Below are positions 35,301 to 45,718 of a stretch of DNA of 45,718 bases, piece by piece. Within the stretch, counting starts at the first letter, position 1, and each line of letters starts with the position of its first letter. Made by a program: the position numbers and the translations under genes. The notes below the pieces were generated by a model. It was not told the origin of the DNA and ran no database searches. It saw only the letters and a list, made by a program, of their open reading frames with translations. Origin of the DNA: a virus; the IMG/VR virus record IMGVR_UViG_3300006045_000004, positions 90,180 to 135,897 of that record, one strand, 5' to 3'.

Positions 35301-36150
35301 TTAGAGCTACTATATCGGTTCTGTTACCATATTCTGATGGTCCTAAGATATTAACATGGGTATCTAATGCTAATACACTTTGTCCTAATATTTGTGCTCT
35401 TGCAGCTTCGACTAAGTAAACATTGTCTGATGAGAATTTTTCTTCAAACCATAAGTCAGCTTCTGGGAAGTATTCTTTTCTTTGTCCTTCTCCTGTTACA
35501 CTCATTGGTCCGTAGAATTCTCCATCATCTGATTCTTTTAATGATTTATTATAATTACCTCTGTAATCATACATTATAGCAATTGGGTTTGTATTCCAAT
35601 CTATCATATCTTCTTCTTCATCGCCGTTAATAGTTAAATCTACTGTATTTATATTAACAGGATTTATTATTAAATAATAATCTCCAATTGGTAAGTATTT
35701 TATATCAAATAATACTTCATGTTCTAATAAATCTGTGTGTGCAGGTAGTTCGACTATATTAGACCCCATTACCTCTCCACTTTCAGCACTTTCTATTGAG
35801 AATGAAATATCAGTTGTTATATGTGTTAGATTTCTTAATCTAACTGTAATACTGTTTAGCTCTGTTTTGGTTATACTTATTGTTTGTCTTAGATATTTTG
35901 CATAAAGAGAATACCATTTGTATTCTTCTTGTTCACAAACATTTCTATTGTGTTGGTCGAATTTTGTACTGCTTTTTGTTAATCTAAAAGCATGTTCTGC
36001 TCCACTTAAAACAACAGCTTTACCATTAGCATCTATATTTGATGCTGCATGTCCTTCTTGGATTTCATCAACAATGTCTCTTATTGATTCTGATTTAGCT
36101 AATTTACCAGGTTCTACATCATCTAAATTTGGGTCTATATAGTCTGACAT
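32365..36150 (-). CDS. large tail fibre/baseplate structural protein
   Basis: 1261 aa, beta-rich; R.DIV.L...G...V.EG...P motif typical of tail/baseplate proteins. Confidence 0.6.
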   Translation of the reverse strand: MSDYIDPNLDDVEPGKLAKSESIRDIVDEIQEGHAASNIDANGKAVVLSGAEHAFRLTKSSTKFDQHNRNVCEQEEYKWYSLYAKYLRQTISITKTELNSITVRLRNLTHITTDISFSIESAESGEVMGSNIVELPAHTDLLEHEVLFDIKYLPIGDYYLIINPVNINTVDLTINGDEEEDMIDWNTNPIAIMYDYRGNYNKSLKESDDGEFYGPMSVTGEGQRKEYFPEADLWFEEKFSSDNVYLVEAARAQILGQSVLALDTHVNILGPSEYGNRTDIVALKYDGHYEVIEGDVWTGEEEFPEIMEDGYLPIAYITTYQDINKIPLVYQDDENIETVKVTRQRDNKEEIRRLKKKTQFIMDRNAPGRIKYNYIGQEIKDNTEGGGNVVITTNSKGDLVYQIRTENRTVSKHWSFKKFTGASPIAGMYNENSGIASWSNVDHSNHEDGRVHLIKESDEKISRSISLKDSEKYPQYRNGKNKTRSFKIYKSRAWTSNYPALIFNVSSKTTIKNLKLNVRHFKGMKNFRIDIFLRHSHGKNGAWIKKGAGDKKFNHVYASGKVDLTKAPVNKNGTQVLKTAHNFKVNKTIPAGQYAIFIWGEPKGNSGIIYTKTYDGPKRKSFMIRYYGPYEPNHFYRKNYIKEIFDVNFNDGTTIKYKKSGTVISSTIQASANSKFTSATFAGNISVPSGCSYKVEGSLDNGPWREFVSNKLTFTSGGTQFKWRITLNGNGTSSPTIKFLSKNNYALKFNLNELLTIVEPVPIDPIKDSEYCLTTKVFDPDTILKAVLGDEWLKGSEKFNMYEFARIWAEENDGKLITDINLGDTYYNSGGVNYRYWSTIITDLELKDFSQESVDYSNYEGDVEYDENNYRFKLETDKMFNDSDVLLDPGISGWTDINSTPIPQSSGVVYGYSEANPMFGDKTPIVQFQGAFNDTTKIFFGKKTPQGLDLTKFRTIALNIKPNVTIPANMLEFVISLNPDGVISSSADGMKITIAQQLNAGQNNIVILDIQDSAYGLENVQSLGFKIKDSSGFSFMTNNDFMLNYLSGQITNFRTIVPKTAAWTSMATGGNVGKLCLGVVPTTHGNIARFRIGTCVPGDLTSSTPSNVAPGMVITSGKLARFAVTTNLSNINMVKFRFSISQPVIKGYYYLDLCSDLDGNNVIESVPIPTLLTAGTDLTTNVYKKIDKNLGIIRSVILRTTGVAATDNMRPFNLEIHEMVAYNTDVLPAFHKWMRFKMYSETGNNTFQAPMIRKIGAIFTL

Positions 36151-36151
36151 C

Positions 36152-36592
36152 TTATTCTAACTCCACAACTATCATATATAATAATGCTATATCTTTGTTT
36201 TTTGGAATAGGTGGCATTTGACATAAACAGAAGAATATTTCTTCATCTACTTTTTCAAGAGAGTTAACAAGTCCTATTTCTGTTATTGTTACCATTTCTT
36301 GACTTGGGTCTGGGTCTATATTTGAAGTTAAGACTGTTGCAGCCATTTCTACTTTTTTATCTCCTTGTTCTGGAGTGTATTCTACTTCAATTCTATTGTA
36401 ATTATACTGACCAAGGTCTATTTCTTGTATTAATTCTGTAGAACTTTGGTTGTAATCTCCAACACCAGTTCCAAGAGCCATAATATTAAAAACATTACCA
36501 ACAACATCATCAGTAGTATTACCTCTTTGTCCGAACCCTATTCTTAAAAATTCATCTTTTCCTTGTTCAACTATTATTTTTTTTGCTGACAT
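36152..36592 (-). CDS. baseplate/tail-fibre attachment-like protein
   Basis: MALGTG, ITEIGL, P.IPK motifs. Confidence 0.6.
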   Translation of the reverse strand: MSAKKIIVEQGKDEFLRIGFGQRGNTTDDVVGNVFNIMALGTGVGDYNQSSTELIQEIDLGQYNYNRIEVEYTPEQGDKKVEMAATVLTSNIDPDPSQEMVTITEIGLVNSLEKVDEEIFFCLCQMPPIPKNKDIALLYMIVVELE

Positions 36593-36773
36593 TTATTGTA
36601 CCTCCTTTTAAATAATCTTTTTTGAACTTTTCCGCAGATATTGTTTGAGGGTTTCCATCATCATCAAGATAATGAACTTTTTTAACCTCTCCAGTTTCCT
36701 CATCTATTTCTCCTACAAACCCTCTAACATTTTTAAAAGGGTTAAACTTAATATTCTCCTTAATTGATTTCAT
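36567..36773 (-). CDS. small hypothetical protein
   Basis: GAGGT SD before ATG at 36773. Confidence 0.5.
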   Translation of the reverse strand: MKSIKENIKFNPFKNVRGFVGEIDEETGEVKKVHYLDDDGNPQTISAEKFKKDYLKGGTINVSKKNNS

Positions 36774-36777
36774 TTTT

Positions 36778-39700
36778 CTACCTCTCCTTTCCATATTTTA
36801 CCATAGTATTATATGATTTTATATTAATTCCACCATTTTTTCTTCTTAGTCTATTTTTAATAATTATATCATTATTAAATTCATCATAAATTGGTACTTT
36901 GTTTACTGATTTTTGTTGATTTGAAGTGTATATTTTAAATGCTAATGAAGCATCTCCACTATTTATATCAATCATTTGATTACCTTCTTGTATTGATAAT
37001 TTTCCATACTGATAAACAATTCCTTCTTTATATCTGATAGTGTAGTAGTTTTTATTATCTAATTTCGGTACTGATAATTTTATCCAATATCTTTCACCTA
37101 TTACTAAATTATCAACACTTATACTATATTTTATAGTTGTAATACCAGTCCATCCTTCTATAAATTGTTTTTTAATAGATTTACCTGGTTTATTACTTCC
37201 TGTATCTTCTAATATTTCAAGTGTTATATATCTTGAAGGAAAACCACTTCTACCAGCAGTTTGGAACTCAATAGCAGATATGTTTGTGTTGGTTGCTTCA
37301 AATTGTTGATATAATCTATATTTAAAATCTATACCCTCTTTTCTTACAGTTAAATCCTGACCACCTTGGTTTGTTATTTCAACCAATGGTCTATCATATT
37401 CATTCTGCTCTATAACAACACGGTCACTACTAATATCCATTCCATAACCAAACATATTATTATATTGAGTTACTAATGACATATGCAATTCGTTATTAAT
37501 CCAACTGATTTTATATTTATCTCTTTTACTAAATGGTAATAGTAATTCAATCCAATATTTATCATCAATTACAATATTTTCTAAATTAATATCTATAATA
37601 CCAAATTCTGATGTTATACTATCCCATTCATTTATTTTCTTCTCGTACAATAATTCTCCTGGTCTATTACTTTCTGTATCATAAATTTTTATAGTAAAGT
37701 TATTTAATGGTGCTTGATGTGATTTAATAATATCATATTTTAATTGTGAAATTTCATTACTAACAGCTTTAAACTCATCAATCTTACTATTAATAATAGA
37801 TGAACTTATATATAACTTACCATCTTGATAAGAAGCAACATAATTTTTAGCTTGTTTATAAGGTAAATCAATTTCAAACCAATAAGATTCATCATTGTCA
37901 ACATCTATATCTAACTCAAAGCTTCCAATACCATCATTAACAATCCAATTATTTATTGTTTTTTGTGAAACTAAATTTCCCTTCACATAATTTTCACTAC
38001 CAACAGGGTCTTCAATACTTTCATAAACTTTAAATTCAAGATTATTAGGTAATTCAAAACCAGACCTTCTAATATCAAATTCAATAAAAGATATTTTAGT
38101 TGAATCTGTTGTGAATACTGATAATAATTTATTTTTAAATGTAACTGATTGTGTTGTATCTTCTATATCAGATGTTTCTTCTGCTATTTGTGCTACATTA
38201 TAAGTAGTGTTATTTGATACTTTATATATAGGTATTTCTTCAACATCTCCACCCTCATATATCACAGTAGCTACTTTATTTGGTATAGTTCCAGATATAA
38301 ACTCACCATAAGTATTTTTATAATAAATAATTATTTCAACAGAATATAATCTTACATATTCCCCTGGTTCTAATGAGCCAAAATCTATAAATGCTAATAT
38401 TTTATTCTTAATATCATATCCATTAAGATGATATGGTTTTTGATTTTTTAAATTCCATAAATTATCTGATGATAATAAAGTCCATTTTGTCATACTTGTT
38501 TTAGGTATTATTGTTTCTGCTACTTCTTCAAATAAAGGTATTGTTTTTACTTTTTTATTATATGTTATTTTTGAGTTTATTTGAGATAATTCTATTTGAG
38601 AATCTCTTTTTATATTACTAAATTGTAATTTAAATCCAAAACTATCATTATTTATTTCTTCTTTACTAAATATTTCTGTTAATCTTAATTGTTTTTCAAA
38701 ATTACCAGGATTAATATTATTAATAACATATATTTTTGATAAACTACCTTTACTTATCATTTGAACTCTACAACTAATAGGATTATTTGATTTATTAACA
38801 CCTTCTATATTTAATATAGTTTCTTCATGAGTTCCATCTATATTAAATTTAAAGTTATTATATTCAATCCATTCACTTGTAATTGTTCCAAACTGACTTG
38901 TACAATATGTATTATTAAGATTAGATTGTAAACTACCTTCAATATTTTGCCATTTCTTATTAGCACTAATAGTTCTAATACTATCTACATTTTGTGGATA
39001 TTTGATTTCAGTTGCCTTTTCAGTTGGTATATATGAATTACCATTTAATGATAAAGAAGTTTTACTATCTATATTAGTATTAGAATGAGTTTTAACTTTT
39101 ATATCTATTTTAGTAACTTCATCTAAATCTGATATATTAATATCATCAAATCCAATAATTACAGGACTAACATTTTGTCCTTCTAATATAGTATTATTTT
39201 CACACTTAGCATAACTATTAACATCATTATTTATGTAACTAAACCCTTGCCATTCTAAATCATCTTTTATTTCTGTTACTTCATTTATTTTTGATTTTGA
39301 TGTTTTAATATCATCTTGAATAACCTGATATACCTGAGTTGTATTACTATTTACTTTTTTAATTTCATAACATTTATATTCTATTGGATTATCTAACAAA
39401 TTTTTATTTATCACATAGATACCCTGTCTTTTGAAATTAAAATTCATTATAAATTCTTTAATAAAGTTAAAACTTAATCCATCAAATGAATAATAAAATA
39501 ATATTACATCATCTACTTTTTCAAGTTTTAAATAAATTTCTTCTGTTTCAGGTAATACATTTGAATACAAAGTTTCTTCTAATCCAGATTGATTACTTAC
39601 AAGTTTTATACCATTTTCACCATTAATAATATTTTTATTTCTACAGAACCTAACATATTCATCTCCATCAGAAATATATAATCCAAACTCACTATTATCT

Positions 39701-42700
39701 ATAATATCAGAATCAATCTTAACAACAATAGTATCAAAATCACCAAACATATCAGTTATTGGATATTTTGGTGCATTATCGAAACTTAAAATTGGTTCTT
39801 CTGGAATAGTCATTATTATATCATTTGTATTAATAGGGTCTATTGTACTTAAATCTAAAATTTTATTTAAATCTATATTTTTAAGATTATCACTTGATAT
39901 TGAACTTTTATAATCATTTATAGTATTAAATTTAACATCTCCAACATCTACTAATCCTTTTGAGGTTACTGGTTTAAACCTAATTTTATCATCAAGTGTA
40001 GTTTTAATACTTGGTTCAACATTAGGGTTTGTTATATCTACACCTTTGAATTTAGCATCAAGTTTCATTCTTAACTTATAATCTATTGGGTCAAAATATC
40101 CATATACTAATTTTAAATCATCTATATCATTATCCCATTCGAAAACTTGCATTTTACAATATGGGTCTTTAAACCTTAGTTTTTCTAATTCAGTATATAC
40201 TCTTGGTTCTACTTTTGCAGATAATAAATTCATTCCCATTTTGAATTTTTCTCTTGCCATATAAAATGGCATTCCTTTTGTTCCGAATGGTTTTGCTTTG
40301 TTTATTATTGCTTGTAGCTCATAATAATCAGGAATTATAAAGTTAGTTGGAATATCCGTATACATTATAGCTGCTTGGAATACTCCGTTATCCCATATAT
40401 CTCCAGCCCATACTTTTTCATTCCAGTTATCTATATCCCATCTCATCGCATAGTCACTCATATTAATTATTTTAGGAATTACTCCTGTTGCATGGAATAT
40501 ATCAGACCTTAATAGTCCAAATCTTCTTATAAATCCATCTGGATATATATCATAAACATCTGAACGAAGTATGTTTAATCCTTTTCTCATAAATTCAGAT
40601 TTAACATATATTGAATTATCATTTATATCATCTACAATTTTTCTTAAATTTCCACCTTCATAAACTTCCGCTCTATCAACTAAATATTTTTCAATATCTA
40701 TTATTCTTTCAGTTAAGTTTTCTTTATTGAATGTTTTTATTAAGTTTGGTTGTTCTGATATTCTTAAATTATAATATTTATTTAATTTATCAAAATTAAA
40801 TATTTTTATACTATGTCTTAAATTTTCATATATATATTCATCTGCACATCTCATTGTTAATATTCTATATTCAAGGTTTGTTTTATCTGCTTTAAATGAA
40901 AATATACTACTTATTTCTCCTTTTTCTAAAATTTTAACATATAGTTTAAAGCTTACGCTATCATTAGCTTCTATTTCATCTACTGTTAATGTATTGGTAA
41001 TAATATCATATTCAGAATTATCACTTCTTAATACTTCTAATTGAGGAGGTATAATATTTTCTATTACACAATTAAATAAACTTTCATCTTCAATATTTTT
41101 AATTTCAATAGTATAATATTCTTCTTCATCAACATATCCAATATCTGTACTTTGTGTTACATTAAATAAGAATTTAGGTGTTTTTTCAAACACAGTTGTA
41201 TAAACTTTTTTTGTTTGGAATAATTTATCTGTTTGTCTATATCCTTGTATTGTAAATGTTTTATCTCCTGGTGTTTTAGCTTTAAGAGTTAATATTATTT
41301 TACTATCATATCCAATACCTAAATCTCCAATATACCATTTCATATTGGTTTCATCAAAAATGCCATCTTCAACATCAATATCCATTAATTCATAATCGTC
41401 TAAATCAAATAATAAGTTTGTGTTTTTACTTATTTTTTTTGTGTTAGTTATTCTTGTTGTTAATATAAGTATTTCATCTACTTCTAATTTTCTTTTATCT
41501 ACATTAGGTATTATACTTGTTATTGGATATATACCCACATCTAACATATGGTATATTTCATTTAAGAAAACTTCTCCATCTATAATTGCAAACTTAAATC
41601 TATATGTTCCTTTTCCTCTTCCAGATAAAGTTACTTTTAATTGTATTGTACTACTTTCACTTTCTATTAAATCATGATTCCAACTTATTTCATATCCATT
41701 ACGAGTAAATCCATCTCCTTGTATATCTAATATATTGAATTGTTTTGGAATGTCTATTAAAGTTTCTACATCTAATGCATCTATTTGACTTGGATTTCTT
41801 AATGTATATATTAAATCAAATTCTTCATCTATGTCTGTTTCAGATGGTCCTTCTATATCCATTATTAAATATGGTAAGTCTTTTATTTTTACTTCCATTT
41901 CGTGAAGTGTTTGATTAAATATATTAAATAGTGTGTTAAATGTTATTACATCATTATGTCTAAATTCAAGATTAAATTTAAATTCATCTTTAAGTTCTGA
42001 TATTAATATATATCCCTCTGATGTTAATATTGGTGTTTCTTGTTTCTGAAGTATTCTTTCGAATAACTCTACATCAATATCTGAACCTATATCTATTCTA
42101 ACATTATGTAATACTGGTTGTTCTGATATGTTTTTAACTGTTATTGTAAAGATTCCACTTGTATTTAATGGTACTGCTCGAGGTCCTTTGCTTGTTATTG
42201 ATACCATTTCTGCTGGGTCAACTGATATTTCTGGGTCTTCATCTTCAATAGGTTTTTCTAATTCATCTCCATCAGTTACAACTAAATATGGTATTTCTAC
42301 ACTTGTACCATCTTCTACACTTATTTGAGTTTCTTCTCTTGGTAGTGCTGGGTCAGGTCCTGGTGGTTCAGGTGGCTCAGGTTCTTCTGGCTCAGGTGGT
42401 TTTGGTTGGTCAGGTAATAAAACATTTATATATCTTGTTACAGCACCATATCCATCTATCCAGTTTGATATGTAATATGAACCTGCTTGTGTTGCTCTAA
42501 ATGTAATTTGTTTTGTTGCTGTTTTGTTTGAAAATACAGCTCCCCATACTTTATTTGATTGTGTATATGTTCCATTTCCACTTTGACTTACTATTTGTAA
42601 TCCTGGACTATCTATATATACTGTTTTTGATGCATCAAATCCATTTGTACTACATGTTGATGTGTATGTGAATTGTTCATTTACATATAATTGTGTTTTG

Positions 42701-43623
42701 CTTATTGAATTACTTAATGAAAATGTAGGATTTGATATTGCTATTGTTTTATCTACATATTTACCAGTATCAGCTATTGTAGCTCTTACAGTTCTACTTC
42801 CAGCTGCTGTACATCTAAATCTTATGTTTAAAGTTCCACCAGTTCCACTACTAATTTTCCAAACTCCACCACTATAACTACCATTTGTAAGACCATGTTC
42901 TACAAATGTTAATCCAGCTGGGGTAGGTACATTAATATTAGTTGTTGTTGTAATACTTTTATTACTACTAAAACTAACACTATATATAACTTCTTGTCCA
43001 ACAATCGCAGTACCTGGTAAACTTGAGCTTATTGAATATGTAGGTGCTGTATAATAAACTCTTGCTGCAATATAATCCACAGCAGGAGTACACCATTTAC
43101 CAGCAACTGTTCCAACACATTGAAATTCAACACCAAAACTACTTGCATTAACAGTAGGAGGAGTTAAAGAAGAACTAAATCCCCACTTATTAGATTCACT
43201 ACCATAAGTAGATGTTCTAAAACTACTTCCACTTGTGGGCCAATTACTCCCATCAGCAGCATTACTTGAATTATTAGAACTACTTGTCCTAAGTCTAACA
43301 ATCCTATCTTTAATACCATTATAAGAAACATTATTCCTTTTCTTAATTATAACTTCTACACCATCAATACTTGAATTTTTAGGAATATCAAAACCATAAT
43401 TACTACAAGTAATTAAAGGAGAAGGTCTAATACCATCTCCACTAACTACACTAACCCCACCAGACGGAGGTATATGTGATACATTTCCATTATTAGCTTT
43501 AATATTTCCAAGATTAACCCAATCATAACATCCAGTCCTATTTGCTGGTATACCTGGACATTTAGTTTGAGCACTACCTGATGGTTGAGTTACTGAACTT
43601 GGGTATCTTGTTTGATATGCCAT
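36778..43623 (-). CDS. 2281-aa virion adhesin/baseplate protein with DUF11-like Ig repeats
   Basis: Repeated T.T..N...P.GL...G.Y..W units, Pro-rich hinge, repeated beta-sandwich domains. Confidence 0.65.
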   Translation of the reverse strand: MAYQTRYPSSVTQPSGSAQTKCPGIPANRTGCYDWVNLGNIKANNGNVSHIPPSGGVSVVSGDGIRPSPLITCSNYGFDIPKNSSIDGVEVIIKKRNNVSYNGIKDRIVRLRTSSSNNSSNAADGSNWPTSGSSFRTSTYGSESNKWGFSSSLTPPTVNASSFGVEFQCVGTVAGKWCTPAVDYIAARVYYTAPTYSISSSLPGTAIVGQEVIYSVSFSSNKSITTTTNINVPTPAGLTFVEHGLTNGSYSGGVWKISSGTGGTLNIRFRCTAAGSRTVRATIADTGKYVDKTIAISNPTFSLSNSISKTQLYVNEQFTYTSTCSTNGFDASKTVYIDSPGLQIVSQSGNGTYTQSNKVWGAVFSNKTATKQITFRATQAGSYYISNWIDGYGAVTRYINVLLPDQPKPPEPEEPEPPEPPGPDPALPREETQISVEDGTSVEIPYLVVTDGDELEKPIEDEDPEISVDPAEMVSITSKGPRAVPLNTSGIFTITVKNISEQPVLHNVRIDIGSDIDVELFERILQKQETPILTSEGYILISELKDEFKFNLEFRHNDVITFNTLFNIFNQTLHEMEVKIKDLPYLIMDIEGPSETDIDEEFDLIYTLRNPSQIDALDVETLIDIPKQFNILDIQGDGFTRNGYEISWNHDLIESESSTIQLKVTLSGRGKGTYRFKFAIIDGEVFLNEIYHMLDVGIYPITSIIPNVDKRKLEVDEILILTTRITNTKKISKNTNLLFDLDDYELMDIDVEDGIFDETNMKWYIGDLGIGYDSKIILTLKAKTPGDKTFTIQGYRQTDKLFQTKKVYTTVFEKTPKFLFNVTQSTDIGYVDEEEYYTIEIKNIEDESLFNCVIENIIPPQLEVLRSDNSEYDIITNTLTVDEIEANDSVSFKLYVKILEKGEISSIFSFKADKTNLEYRILTMRCADEYIYENLRHSIKIFNFDKLNKYYNLRISEQPNLIKTFNKENLTERIIDIEKYLVDRAEVYEGGNLRKIVDDINDNSIYVKSEFMRKGLNILRSDVYDIYPDGFIRRFGLLRSDIFHATGVIPKIINMSDYAMRWDIDNWNEKVWAGDIWDNGVFQAAIMYTDIPTNFIIPDYYELQAIINKAKPFGTKGMPFYMAREKFKMGMNLLSAKVEPRVYTELEKLRFKDPYCKMQVFEWDNDIDDLKLVYGYFDPIDYKLRMKLDAKFKGVDITNPNVEPSIKTTLDDKIRFKPVTSKGLVDVGDVKFNTINDYKSSISSDNLKNIDLNKILDLSTIDPINTNDIIMTIPEEPILSFDNAPKYPITDMFGDFDTIVVKIDSDIIDNSEFGLYISDGDEYVRFCRNKNIINGENGIKLVSNQSGLEETLYSNVLPETEEIYLKLEKVDDVILFYYSFDGLSFNFIKEFIMNFNFKRQGIYVINKNLLDNPIEYKCYEIKKVNSNTTQVYQVIQDDIKTSKSKINEVTEIKDDLEWQGFSYINNDVNSYAKCENNTILEGQNVSPVIIGFDDINISDLDEVTKIDIKVKTHSNTNIDSKTSLSLNGNSYIPTEKATEIKYPQNVDSIRTISANKKWQNIEGSLQSNLNNTYCTSQFGTITSEWIEYNNFKFNIDGTHEETILNIEGVNKSNNPISCRVQMISKGSLSKIYVINNINPGNFEKQLRLTEIFSKEEINNDSFGFKLQFSNIKRDSQIELSQINSKITYNKKVKTIPLFEEVAETIIPKTSMTKWTLLSSDNLWNLKNQKPYHLNGYDIKNKILAFIDFGSLEPGEYVRLYSVEIIIYYKNTYGEFISGTIPNKVATVIYEGGDVEEIPIYKVSNNTTYNVAQIAEETSDIEDTTQSVTFKNKLLSVFTTDSTKISFIEFDIRRSGFELPNNLEFKVYESIEDPVGSENYVKGNLVSQKTINNWIVNDGIGSFELDIDVDNDESYWFEIDLPYKQAKNYVASYQDGKLYISSSIINSKIDEFKAVSNEISQLKYDIIKSHQAPLNNFTIKIYDTESNRPGELLYEKKINEWDSITSEFGIIDINLENIVIDDKYWIELLLPFSKRDKYKISWINNELHMSLVTQYNNMFGYGMDISSDRVVIEQNEYDRPLVEITNQGGQDLTVRKEGIDFKYRLYQQFEATNTNISAIEFQTAGRSGFPSRYITLEILEDTGSNKPGKSIKKQFIEGWTGITTIKYSISVDNLVIGERYWIKLSVPKLDNKNYYTIRYKEGIVYQYGKLSIQEGNQMIDINSGDASLAFKIYTSNQQKSVNKVPIYDEFNNDIIIKNRLRRKNGGINIKSYNTMVKYGKER

Positions 43624-43626
43624 ACT

Positions 43627-45717
43627 TTATTCCTCTTTATTCCTCTTCATTGTTCCAGCTTTAGATTGCACTATAATATCATCTTGTAAATACTTCATAA
43701 CAAAATCATAATATAATCCTCTAACATGCTCTCCATTAATTGATGTTTGACCAATCGTATTGTCAACTCTATTATTTAACTTAACTATTCTCTCATCATA
43801 TAAATTAAAATTACTACTTAATAAATGTAATTTATCATTAACACCTAACACCATTTCATCTTCTGGCTCACTTGCACCTAATCCATACCAATGCTGTTTA
43901 TACCAAGACGATGAATCAAGATACTTAACATTAGTATGTACATTAACCTTTTGTGGTAAATAGCTCGGCATAGGTATTTTAACATTAGCACCAGTTAATC
44001 TATAAGGTTCTTTAATCCAAGTTTTCTTACCATTAATAGTATCAATTGTTTGATAAAACTTATTATCAGCTTTATAATGTGAAAAAATTGGATAATCAGT
44101 ATAATCATAATACTTATAATAAACTATTAAAGTAGGATTATAAATATCAACAACAGTAACAGATTCTCTATTACTATCACCATTTTTAATTTGATAACTA
44201 ACTGTTATATCAGTAAATGGTACAGATGTTAAGTTTAATCCCCATTTATCATAAACTCCACCATAAATAACAGTTTCTGTACCTTCCTGATATTTTGTTA
44301 TTATTGATTTATTTATACTTGTTTGACCATTAACTTCCAAAACTACTTTATTATCAAATTTATCCATTCCACCAAGTTTTTTTCTATCAAACATTAAAAC
44401 AATACCTAATAAATCTTTATAATCTTCAATATCAATATCATCAAATGTTATTTTTAATTCTCTTGATTTTTTATCATCATCATAAGTGTATTGTGAATGT
44501 TCTGATGTCAATATATTCCATGTTCCATTTCCATCATAATCATTTTCAATAAACTGTAAACTACTTACTTCTAACGGCTTATTTATTGTTTGGTATGGGT
44601 TTTGCATACCTAATACTAATGAGGTATTAACATATCCACTACTCCATTTACTCCAATAGAAGTATTGTCCATCATCAAATTGTGTATTTATTTCTGCTTT
44701 GTTTTCTTTATCATTGTAATTATCATAATATTGTAAGTGTTTGTTTTGCATAAGTAGTCTGCTTGTTTTCCATGTATTTTGTAACCACGAAAATGTTCCA
44801 CTCGGTCTTATTATTGTATTTGAATTTTCTCCATTTATATATAATTGTGGTGTTCCAATATCTGTTCCCATAGCTACATTTTTTACTCCTACTGGTTGAG
44901 TATCGTGACTGTTTGGACTCATGTTTAAATCATCACGAGTTCCATTTATACTTCTACTTCCAGAATACCATGCAGATTGTACATGTACTATATCTTTGTA
45001 TGGAAATTTCCCTATTGTTATACTTACTGGTCTGTTTACTTGTGTAGCACATATATCTTCACCATTTTCTATTGTCCATACTGGATTTCCATTTGTTGGT
45101 GTTGATGTTCCTGTTTTTTTGAAATTATGTATACTTTTGAATATTGATGTACTTCCTTCGTATTCGTATGTTTTTGGCATTATAAGAATTTCATAATCAT
45201 TAGTAGATTCATCAACAAGATTATAAGTAAACTTTATACTTGAGAACCAACTTGGCTGATGAAGAATAACAGATGTAATTTTAGGATTAAAATCACTAAA
45301 CCTACCATCATCAATTATCTCTTGAGCTGTTAAAATCTCTCCCACAGCGTGGTCTTTTCTTATTTCAACACTACTATTATTTAAATCATAAAATCCTAAA
45401 TTACCATAATTTCTACCACTACCCCATAACGCATAATGAGAAGAACCTTCTTCAAATCTCATAGTCCAAGAATTTGTATTTGCACCAGCACCAATATTAG
45501 CTAATGTTTCTGCTGATACAAAATTAACTCCTTCATAACCAGATAAAGAATTAAAATTAGTTACAGTATCAATTATATCATCACTATTATTATCAACTAC
45601 TTTTTCATATGGTATTTCAAATATAAAATTTTTTATTCCTTGATTATCTATAAGGTAATGTTTTAATAATTTATTATTATCTGGGTCATAAAATCTAATA
45701 TTCTTTAAATCAGGTCT
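43627..45717 (-). CDS. 5'-truncated virion/tail protein
   Basis: Frame is open from the window edge, upstream of ATG 45462; YGGVYDKWG motif shared with the 2281-aa protein. Confidence 0.6.
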   Translation of the reverse strand, partial: RPDLKNIRFYDPDNNKLLKHYLIDNQGIKNFIFEIPYEKVVDNNSDDIIDTVTNFNSLSGYEGVNFVSAETLANIGAGANTNSWTMRFEEGSSHYALWGSGRNYGNLGFYDLNNSSVEIRKDHAVGEILTAQEIIDDGRFSDFNPKITSVILHQPSWFSSIKFTYNLVDESTNDYEILIMPKTYEYEGSTSIFKSIHNFKKTGTSTPTNGNPVWTIENGEDICATQVNRPVSITIGKFPYKDIVHVQSAWYSGSRSINGTRDDLNMSPNSHDTQPVGVKNVAMGTDIGTPQLYINGENSNTIIRPSGTFSWLQNTWKTSRLLMQNKHLQYYDNYNDKENKAEINTQFDDGQYFYWSKWSSGYVNTSLVLGMQNPYQTINKPLEVSSLQFIENDYDGNGTWNILTSEHSQYTYDDDKKSRELKITFDDIDIEDYKDLLGIVLMFDRKKLGGMDKFDNKVVLEVNGQTSINKSIITKYQEGTETVIYGGVYDKWGLNLTSVPFTDITVSYQIKNGDSNRESVTVVDIYNPTLIVYYKYYDYTDYPIFSHYKADNKFYQTIDTINGKKTWIKEPYRLTGANVKIPMPSYLPQKVNVHTNVKYLDSSSWYKQHWYGLGASEPEDEMVLGVNDKLHLLSSNFNLYDERIVKLNNRVDNTIGQTSINGEHVRGLYYDFVMKYLQDDIIVQSKAGTMKRNKEE

Positions 45718-45718
45718 T

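Noticed and set aside
32417-45196. Many short + strand ORFs within the tail region
   Set aside because: Antisense to long, well-formed - strand genes, with no SD or recognisable motifs.
1-45718. Alternative genetic code or suppressor tRNAs
   Set aside because: Long ORFs are intact in the standard code; the TAA, TAG and TGA triplets in tRNAs are anticodons for Leu, Leu and Ser, not suppressors.

Overview
AT-rich segment of a large tailed dsDNA virus, most likely infecting a methanogenic archaeon (probably Methanobacteriales). Host evidence: BRE/TATA promoters, GAGGTGA Shine-Dalgarno sites, BHB tRNA introns, an HMf-type histone, C1-G72 tRNA-Tyr, an A1-U72 initiator tRNA, a surface protein with a C-terminal MxxTGxP motif and DUF11-like tail domains. 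The + strand (1-31.3 kb) carries 24 tRNA genes covering all 20 amino acids (5 with BHB introns), two ATP-dependent RNA-ligase-like proteins, a histone, an HslV/proteasome-beta-like protein with an apparent ATA start, and homing endonucleases. It also carries a chimeric replication/nucleotide module: a split bacterial-type DnaE whose PHP subunit ends in a PCNA PIP box, a fused AEP primase, XPF, a Cas4-like nuclease, a Sak4/RecA-like ATPase, dUTPase, NrdD/NrdG, a Mom-like modifier and an MjaI-like endonuclease. The - strand (31.3-45.7 kb) holds tail/baseplate/adhesin genes. Most striking: (i) an anticodon-less two-headed tRNA-like RNA at 30888-31010; (ii) a split family C polymerase apparently adapted to archaeal PCNA; (iii) a near-minimal superwobble tRNA set including tRNA-Arg(ACG); (iv) four tRNA-adjacent hairpins sharing a loop motif. 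All calls come from manual motif recognition and hand folding; no searches were run.
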